From a phage, in the sequence record PQ724393.1: a DNA stretch of 64,000 bases. The stretch is one strand, 5' to 3'. This document shows, piece after piece, positions 57,607 to 64,000 of the stretch. Position 1 is the stretch's first letter; each line of letters begins with the position of its first letter. The notes under the pieces are model-generated. The model was not told the origin of the DNA, searched no databases, and saw only the letters and a list, made by a program, of their open reading frames with translations. Position numbers and translations under genes: made by a program.

Positions 57607-60318
57607 TTAAAAGTCGAACATATCAAATAATGTTGCTTTTTTCTCGTAGTCGATTTTAGCAGACTCAGTAAAACCAGTCAGAGGCTTGATAAAGGTCTTT
57701 TGGAACAGTACGTTGTAGTCCATCCAACGGAGGACTTGGTCACGAATCTGAATCGGAAGTTCAATACCTGACGGCCATGCCATACAAGCTTCACCGAACG
57801 GGTTGCCTTCTTTAAGCGGCAGTACATATACCTTTTCACCATCAACGATACGAGGCATAGTCAAATCACCTGCAGAAGCACGCATGTAAGCTAAGCAACC
57901 TTTGATGTGGTACGGGCATTTAGAACCAGGGAATCCGCCTTCATTATATTTCTCGATGTTGTTAGCACTGGATACTGCTGCAATGCTTACATAGTTGAGT
58001 TCGTTAAATTCCTTATTAAACTGTTTGAAATATTCTTGCAAAGATGCCTCACCTTCCTGAAGCATACGACGGATACATTCCTTCAGAGCTTTCTGAACTG
58101 CTTTAGGTGTACTTGATTTCTGAGTTTCGAGGCCCATGATTTTCAAGTGTGGTTCGGCATAACGAGTACCTTCCATGTCCCAAACGTTCAGTGCATAACG
58201 TTTCTTACCTGTCCAGAATCCACCAAGACCTTTAGAACCAAGTGGAGGACCTGCGATAGCTTCTCGGTCCATGAACATCAAGTGCTGTTTGTTGTTCATG
58301 TACTCGCACATCTCACGGAAGCCTGCATCAATAGCCGGTTCCATACGTTCACGTGCAAATTTATCTAAGAAGTCAACCCAGTGGTTAGTATCACGGAATT
58401 TGTCTTCGCCTACTTTATTGATGATTGCATCAGCCTTAACATAAATGGAGTCAGTATCACCATAGAGCACGAACTTCTGGTTTTCAGTCTTGCACACACC
58501 ATTCAGGTATTCGTTAACCTTACGTTCAATCCATTGGAGGGCCATTTGACCAAACAGTGTGATTGCAGTTGCGTTCCTGAGGTCGTAATAACGGAACCAT
58601 ACGTTACCAAGTGCACCATAAAGGGAGTTGATAAGCAACTTACGGTTAATCTGAGCAGTCATACCTGCAACTTCGGTACGTTCAGCTCTGAACAACATTT
58701 CTCTTAAAGAAGGTGCTGACAGCGTTTTAATCTTGGCTTTGATTTCGTCAGAGAAGTCAAAACGATAATCGATATCCAGTGGACTATCAGCCGAGAGATT
58801 AGGATTTTCTAATGCTTCTTTAATTAACTCACCATTACGTTGAGCTGCAAGCATATAACCTTTATGTTCTTTACGTTGTAAGAACACCTTAGTGATTTCT
58901 GTAGGAATAACACCATCGCGGTCTTTATAGTACATCATGCCGTTAGGAGAGCAACTGTAGACGTCGCTAGGACGCGGAGCTGTTCCGGCAATATATTCAT
59001 GTATCGGTGCGTTAGCGAATGTCCCTGCGATGGTCTCTGGGCTTATATTCACTTGTCGAATGATACTCGGGTACAGAGATGTAAGGTCGAAACTCATTAC
59101 ATATTTGTAAGCGTTAGGAATCGGTTCCTTAACGAAAGCACCAGGATAAGGTTGAACCACGTGTGAACGAGCTTGTGGAATTACCTTGCCTTGTTCTTTA
59201 AGGCTATTAAAGATAATAGCGTCCCAAGTCTTAATTGGACTAAACACCGACTGAATCTGCATCTTGGCATAATAACCCATGTCCAAACTCAGAAGAATGA
59301 ACTGACGCTTCATATCAATCTGCACTACACGATATACGTCGATAATGTTATAGGAAATATATCGTTGGTGGTTCGTCTCACGTAACTTAGAGATTGGACC
59401 ATCATATTTCAACTTACCCACTTTCAATTCATATTCAGAAACATAATCCAGAGAATAAGAAGGCTGGTTGGTGAAGCTGAATTTTTTATAGAGGTCGATA
59501 TAATCCAGAACAGAGATACCGAACAATGTAATGATTTCACGAGCACCGTACATGTTCTCAATAACTTTAACACGAGTTTTACGATGTGGGCTTAATCGCT
59601 TAGCAGTGTTCTCACCGAACAGATTTTTCAGACGGTTATAAACGTACGGTACGTCAAACGACTCAACGTTCCATCCAGTCAAAATCACAGGAGTTTTCTG
59701 TTGCCAGAAATTCAAGTACTCAAGCATCATTTCTTCTTCAGAATTAAACGGAAGATAAACGATTTTGTCAATGATTTCCTGTGGAACTTCGTCACCACCT
59801 TCGTCTTGGAGTTTCTCAGCGATTTTAATCGACCACTCTTCAACAGTACCATAAGGCGAAACTAAAAGGTCGAATACATAGAATTTATCGTCAATCGAGT
59901 CGTAGTGGGTAATGGCATCGATAGGATGTTTAGCCTGAGCTGGTTCAGGGAATCCATCAGGAGATGTTACCTCGATGTCGAAGTTAGCAATACGAATCTT
60001 AGAAGAATCATATTTGATTTCTTTACGATAGGTATCAGACAAATAGGCTAATTTATAGTCGTCCATACCCAGGGCTTCGAGACCCATATCATCCATACGT
60101 TTCATCCATTGGGATGCATCACGCATAGAATCGAATTCTTTCTTAACACAACCCTTACCATAGATATCAATGTATTTTACGGCTTGCTCTGGGTTAGCAT
60201 GCATAAACATTGTGGGCTTGTATGGAACTTCACGACTACGTTCGTTACCATTTTTATCGATGTAACGTTCGAGAATATTATCACCGATTTGTTCGACTGT
60301 CAAATAGAATTCTTGCAT
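57607..60318 (-). CDS. 43: DNA polymerase gp43 (family B), start at MQEFYLTVEQIG; track ORF extends to 60378
   Basis: Exo and Pol motifs (FDIEV, YGDTDS); close resemblance to RB69 gp43 along the whole length; SD AAGGAAA before ATG. Confidence 0.9.
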   Translation of the reverse strand: MQEFYLTVEQIGDNILERYIDKNGNERSREVPYKPTMFMHANPEQAVKYIDIYGKGCVKKEFDSMRDASQWMKRMDDMGLEALGMDDYKLAYLSDTYRKEIKYDSSKIRIANFDIEVTSPDGFPEPAQAKHPIDAITHYDSIDDKFYVFDLLVSPYGTVEEWSIKIAEKLQDEGGDEVPQEIIDKIVYLPFNSEEEMMLEYLNFWQQKTPVILTGWNVESFDVPYVYNRLKNLFGENTAKRLSPHRKTRVKVIENMYGAREIITLFGISVLDYIDLYKKFSFTNQPSYSLDYVSEYELKVGKLKYDGPISKLRETNHQRYISYNIIDVYRVVQIDMKRQFILLSLDMGYYAKMQIQSVFSPIKTWDAIIFNSLKEQGKVIPQARSHVVQPYPGAFVKEPIPNAYKYVMSFDLTSLYPSIIRQVNISPETIAGTFANAPIHEYIAGTAPRPSDVYSCSPNGMMYYKDRDGVIPTEITKVFLQRKEHKGYMLAAQRNGELIKEALENPNLSADSPLDIDYRFDFSDEIKAKIKTLSAPSLREMLFRAERTEVAGMTAQINRKLLINSLYGALGNVWFRYYDLRNATAITLFGQMALQWIERKVNEYLNGVCKTENQKFVLYGDTDSIYVKADAIINKVGEDKFRDTNHWVDFLDKFARERMEPAIDAGFREMCEYMNNKQHLMFMDREAIAGPPLGSKGLGGFWTGKKRYALNVWDMEGTRYAEPHLKIMGLETQKSSTPKAVQKALKECIRRMLQEGEASLQEYFKQFNKEFNELNYVSIAAVSSANNIEKYNEGGFPGSKCPYHIKGCLAYMRASAGDLTMPRIVDGEKVYVLPLKEGNPFGEACMAWPSGIELPIQIRDQVLRWMDYNVLFQKTFIKPLTGFTESAKIDYEKKATLFDMFDF

Positions 60319-60375
60319 TTCATTTCCTTTATAGACGAGTGATTGTCTTTTGTTTGTTGATGAATCATTATACTC

Positions 60376-60395
60376 CAAAAAGGGACCGAAGTCCC
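60376..60395 (-). terminator. Hairpin GGGAC-UUCG-GUCCC + U5, followed by TGGAGTATAAT
   Basis: Stem-loop and U-run seen; TATAAT hexamer immediately 3-prime. Confidence 0.5.
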
Positions 60396-60400
60396 TTTGC

Positions 60401-60616
60401 TTAAATTTCTATTGTTTGACGTTTAATGGTTGAATTACCATCTTCGTCTTTAGTTTTAATCATAGCCTGGAAGACTTTCTGACCTGGATGTAGCAACTTA
60501 TGGAGTTCTTTTTGAAATTCTAGTTGGAGCTCTTCGGAAAGGTCAAAAACAGTTTGAGTTGGTGAAAGTCCGTATACCTCTTTAAGACGTTCACACGTTT
60601 CAATTTCAAGAATCAT
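60401..60616 (-). CDS. Hypothetical protein, 71 aa (track ORF trimmed)
   Basis: ORF between regA and 43; longer reading overlaps regA. Confidence 0.35.
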   Translation of the reverse strand: MILEIETCERLKEVYGLSPTQTVFDLSEELQLEFQKELHKLLHPGQKVFQAMIKTKDEDGNSTIKRQTIEI

Positions 60617-60617
60617 A

Positions 60618-60980
60618 TTAATTACCAATGCTATACTTAGACAGTAGTTCCCAGTCATTTTTCTGTTTAAAGGAAATGACACGGAAATTATTAGTGATTT
60701 CGAACAGCTCAGAGTCGTCTACGATATCAATAAGTCCCCAATCCTTAAGAAGCTGGGCGATAGAATCGCGGCGTTGGTAGTCTTCACCATCGATATCTAC
60801 CTGGCGACCGTCCATACGCAACATCTCTTTAAAGTGGACAATATAATACCGTCCTTGCTTTTGCAAAATGTGGCAGGATTGATATAGTTTCTTTTCTTTA
60901 TTATTGGCGATACCCATACGAGTCAGGGTCTCTTTCACTTTTAGGAAGTCTTCAGGTTGCTTCAGAGTAATTTCAATCAT
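60618..60980 (-). CDS. regA: Translational repressor RegA
   Basis: 120 aa; MIEITLKQPEDFLKVKETLTRMGIANN...NNFRVISFKQK nearly as in T4 RegA. Confidence 0.85.
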   Translation of the reverse strand: MIEITLKQPEDFLKVKETLTRMGIANNKEKKLYQSCHILQKQGRYYIVHFKEMLRMDGRQVDIDGEDYQRRDSIAQLLKDWGLIDIVDDSELFEITNNFRVISFKQKNDWELLSKYSIGN

Positions 60981-60986
60981 TTTAAT

Positions 60987-61559
60987 TTACCATTCCAATG
61001 CTTTCTTTTTCAAGTCTTTTTGTTCTTTCACATTTTTGGTCACGGATTTCAAGAACTCGTCCGTAACCAACCCTTTCATCTTCTTAAGCATTGCCGGAAG
61101 ATGGCCTTTAATTTTATAAGTCTCGAGATAACGATAAGCGTCATCATTATTAATTGAATGGTATTTCATCAATAAACGAGTAATAAAAACTACACTAACT
61201 TCATCATCATGGGCCTTAGCCCATTTACCAAATCTCTTACCCTTAGGAACAGCATGTAAAAGATAGTTGAAGTGACTTTGGTCGTCAAGTTTAAGACAGT
61301 TAACCATCGCGGCTTGCATAATGCAATCTACGTGTTGGCTCAAACTATTATCTAGCCAAAATTGATTATAGTTTTCTGATTGGGCCAAGTTACGTTGTTT
61401 TTTACCGTATGTGATATCGTTCATAATGGCAAACAATTCGTTTTCAGCCTTTTCTTTAAATGAATCGGCTAAGGCTTGAATAGCAGCGTCGTTACGTTGT
61501 TTCCAAGCAACTTCATGTTCATTCAGTTCAACGTCATCATCAAAAAGACTTATAGCCAT
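60987..61559 (-). CDS. 62: Clamp loader small subunit gp62
   Basis: 190 aa; overlaps gene 44 stop; synteny 45-44-62-regA. Confidence 0.75.
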   Translation of the reverse strand: MAISLFDDDVELNEHEVAWKQRNDAAIQALADSFKEKAENELFAIMNDITYGKKQRNLAQSENYNQFWLDNSLSQHVDCIMQAAMVNCLKLDDQSHFNYLLHAVPKGKRFGKWAKAHDDEVSVVFITRLLMKYHSINNDDAYRYLETYKIKGHLPAMLKKMKGLVTDEFLKSVTKNVKEQKDLKKKALEW

Positions 61560-62509
61560 TGGAGCTCCAGAGCAAGTTGGATAAACAGATAAGTCAGGTG
61601 AATTTCTGGGTTAGCCGCAATACCATGGTATTGGTTATTTTCACCGACGATTTCATACATTCTAACAATGCTTGGCCCGGGCAATTTACCATAGAGTTCG
61701 TTAGCCAATGTCATAATAAAGTTGGCATAATCATTGACATGACGTGGAGCTAATGCACGGAGTTCTTTAAAGTTTTTATCTTTCAGTGCGGCCACTACTT
61801 CATCAATAGGCGAATTGGTATTCATTACAATACTCAAAATGCCTGTATCGATTTTACCACTTGAGGAATAACGGTCTAGTTGGTTAATTGTTTTACGGAA
61901 GTCAGGGAAGTTTTGTTTAACTAAAGCAGCAATAACTTTAAGGTCTTCGACTTCGATATTTTCGTTTTTACAAATTGCTACTGCACGATGAATCATTTCT
62001 TTCATCATGGCAGTTTGGTCAGCTGGAGTGGCTTCACCAAATTTAATTACACGGCAACGAGATTGAAGTGGACCGATAATACCATCAATATTGTTTGCTG
62101 TAATAATTACAGAACAGTTTGAGGAATAGGCCTCTAAGAATGAACGAAGGTGGCGTTGAGCTTCAGCAACACCAGCACGGTCGAATTCGTCAATAACAAT
62201 TACCTTACGTTTACCTTCGATAGATTTAGAAGATGCAAAACGAGTAAGTTCGTTACGAACGAAATCAATACGGCAGTCAGAACCGTTAACAAACAACATG
62301 TCTGAATTTGTATCAGCACACAATGCTTTAGCTACGGTAGTTTTACCTGTGCCTGGTGAAGCAGAGACTAGGATAATGTTAGGGATTAGGCCCTTATTAA
62401 CAATTGCTTGGAGAGTTTCTTTATCATGAGCAGGCAGAATACACTCAGATAAAGTACCTGGACGATATTTCTGTTCGAACATGAATTCATTATTGTTTAC
62501 TGTAAGCAT
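61550..62509 (-). CDS. 44: Clamp loader ATPase gp44 (AAA+)
   Basis: 319 aa; Walker A SPGTGKTT, DEFD Walker B, SRC motif. Confidence 0.9.
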   Translation of the reverse strand: MLTVNNNEFMFEQKYRPGTLSECILPAHDKETLQAIVNKGLIPNIILVSASPGTGKTTVAKALCADTNSDMLFVNGSDCRIDFVRNELTRFASSKSIEGKRKVIVIDEFDRAGVAEAQRHLRSFLEAYSSNCSVIITANNIDGIIGPLQSRCRVIKFGEATPADQTAMMKEMIHRAVAICKNENIEVEDLKVIAALVKQNFPDFRKTINQLDRYSSSGKIDTGILSIVMNTNSPIDEVVAALKDKNFKELRALAPRHVNDYANFIMTLANELYGKLPGPSIVRMYEIVGENNQYHGIAANPEIHLTYLFIQLALELQWL

Positions 62510-62547
62510 ATTAATTTCCTCAGGTTTGTTTTTACATTATACTCCAA

Positions 62548-62564
62548 GGGAGGAATATCCTCCC
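62548..62564 (-). other. Hairpin GGGAGGA-loop-UCCUCCC followed by TGGAGTATAAT upstream of gene 44
   Basis: 7-bp stem; same hairpin-then-TATAAT arrangement as upstream of gene 43. Confidence 0.4.
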
Positions 62565-62570
62565 TATGCT

Positions 62571-63269
62571 TTAGAACGAGTGGCTTGAGCCTGCTTCCAT
62601 GGCCAATACATAAGAAGCTTGTGAACCTTCAAACTTAGCTGCAAAACGAGCATCCTGACCTTCACCGCGGGCCCATAACAACACATGATAATCGGCTGGC
62701 ATCATTTTCATATTGGTTTTGTTAATGATGAACTTAAAGTCAGGACCATCATGGTCAGCTACTACCAAAGAATACAGTGGACGAGTTAATTCTTTATCGT
62801 CGACTTGTTTATAACCGTTGATAACAATTTTACCATCGTCTACAGTGATTGCAAATGTATCAATACTCAGACCAGAGGACACTCGCATCAGCTGCTGGTA
62901 ATCTTCGGCTTTAAGGTCGAAAATAACTTCAGCCACAGGGAACGGGATAGCTTTGCTTGGGAATGCGATTGTGCTTGGGTCAGCAATAGGCCACTTAATT
63001 GTTGAACGTTGGTCTTTAATAATTAATGTGGTTTGGTCTTCACTTACCGAAACTTCAGCACTTTCCGATACCAAAGACAGAATACTTAAGAAGCCATTCA
63101 AATCATAGATTGCTGCTTCGATATCGAAGGTGTCGCTTACAGTGGCTTCACCATAACTTGCACCGGTAACAGATCGGGTCAGAATGGTGTTACCCGGTTT
63201 AAGCATAATGCCTGGGTTAATACCGGAGAAGTTTTTAAGAATGTTCAGGGTTTCTTTAGAGAATTTCAT
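62571..63269 (-). CDS. 45: Sliding clamp gp45
   Basis: 232 aa; close to T4 gp45 (LNGFL, FNFIINKTNMKM regions). Confidence 0.85.
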   Translation of the reverse strand: MKFSKETLNILKNFSGINPGIMLKPGNTILTRSVTGASYGEATVSDTFDIEAAIYDLNGFLSILSLVSESAEVSVSEDQTTLIIKDQRSTIKWPIADPSTIAFPSKAIPFPVAEVIFDLKAEDYQQLMRVSSGLSIDTFAITVDDGKIVINGYKQVDDKELTRPLYSLVVADHDGPDFKFIINKTNMKMMPADYHVLLWARGEGQDARFAAKFEGSQASYVLAMEAGSSHSF

Positions 63270-63293
63270 AATGTTTCCTTATCAAGTCAAAAA

Positions 63294-63749
63294 TTAAGCA
63301 ATAACGATCATTTGTTTACGGATTGATTCAGGCAGAGATTCAATATACTCTGGAATCTGGGAAGCAACAATAGCGCCGGCTTCAAGCAACTGCTCATCAG
63401 GGTCGACGCAATAATCATCTTCTAAACGTTCAGAACCGTCGCGGTCGATAACAAGTTTAGCACCTGCAGCCAGTGAATCATTATAATGGCGACGCATAAT
63501 TTCTACCCACTTATCAGATACGTCGTTATCAATAATACCGTAGAGCATGAACTTAGTTTCTTGTGGAAGAGACTGCAATCGACGTGCGGAGTTGGTATCA
63601 ATATTCAGTACCCATGATTTACGGATACGGTTCTGATTATGTGGGTTGGAGTCAGTACGAATGGTTTTAACTTGGATATCTTTAACAGTAATAGCGTTAG
63701 CAAACATAATATTTTCTCTCATTTGGTTGGTAGATGTATTATAAATCAA
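63294..63749 (-). CDS. rpbA: Hypothetical protein in the T4 rpbA position (start may be internal)
   Basis: 151 aa ORF between 46 and 45. Confidence 0.4.
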   Translation of the reverse strand: MIYNTSTNQMRENIMFANAITVKDIQVKTIRTDSNPHNQNRIRKSWVLNIDTNSARRLQSLPQETKFMLYGIIDNDVSDKWVEIMRRHYNDSLAAGAKLVIDRDGSERLEDDYCVDPDEQLLEAGAIVASQIPEYIESLPESIRKQMIVIA

Positions 63750-63769
63750 TATTTTAAAGCACTTAACGT

Positions 63770-64000
63770 TTAATCAAAGTATTCATAAACGAACCAGGCA
63801 GGGTTCCTGTTCGACATGATTCTATCATACTCTGACTTAAAAGCATTTCGGAGATAATCTTCAGTAACAAGATGTTCGTCTCCAGAGAAGTTGTTAACTA
63901 AAACATACCGCTTTAGTTCAGGAACGGCCAACAAATGCTGGCCTGTTATAAAATCACTCATTCTATCACCGTGAATCGTCCAACTTTCTTCATTTGAAGA
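63770..64000 (-). CDS. 46: Partial CDS, probable 3-prime end of gene 46 (recombination nuclease subunit); continues beyond the window
   Basis: Reading frame stays open from 63961 to the window edge; position matches T4 46. Confidence 0.35.
   Translation of the reverse strand, partial: SSNEESWTIHGDRMSDFITGQHLLAVPELKRYVLVNNFSGDEHLVTEDYLRNAFKSEYDRIMSNRNPAWFVYEYFD

Noticed and set aside
60319-60378. 20-codon N-terminal extension of gene 43 (MEYNDSSTNK...)
   Set aside because: The internal ATG has a good SD and matches the conserved polymerase N-terminus; the extension overlaps the upstream hairpin/TATAAT.

Overview
This window reads as a ~64 kb slice of a T4-like (Tevenvirinae) myovirus genome with T4-type gene order; the DNA polymerase looks closest to the RB69 type (from memory, not a database search). 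Most genes are on the minus strand (early/middle): denA, nrdB, nrdA, td, frd, 32, 59, 33, dsbA, rnh, asiA, motA, 52, ndd, rIIB, rIIA, 39, dexA, dda, modA/modB, soc, 56, 61, sp, 41, 40, uvsX, 42, imm, 43, regA, 62, 44, 45, rpbA and the 3-prime end of 46. The plus strand carries the late block 34-35-36-37-38 plus holin t. The most interesting region is a five-gene, translationally coupled cassette between uvsX and gene 43 (52563-56767): a dCMP hydroxymethylase, a thymidylate-kinase-like P-loop kinase, a small HAD phosphatase, a fused sugar-1-phosphate nucleotidyltransferase/APH-like kinase, and an unrecognised protein in the position T4 uses for beta-glucosyltransferase. I read this as a phage-encoded NDP-sugar donor pathway for a non-glucose hydroxymethylcytosine modification. 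Regulatory signals are abundant: about 16 copies of a conserved T4-type early promoter (GTTTAC -35, extended TG -10), TATAAATA late promoters ahead of 34, 36, t and soc, and many UUCG/GNRA tetraloop hairpins in intergenic spacers. Gene 37 carries a C-terminal SDxRxK intramolecular-chaperone signature and is followed by a T2-type glycine-rich gp38 adhesin. No tRNA, rRNA, CRISPR array, intron or transposon was recognised. Product calls rest on motifs and remembered similarity to T4/RB69 proteins; no search was run. Hand-derived coordinates (small ORFs, promoters, hairpins) may be off by 1-2 nt.
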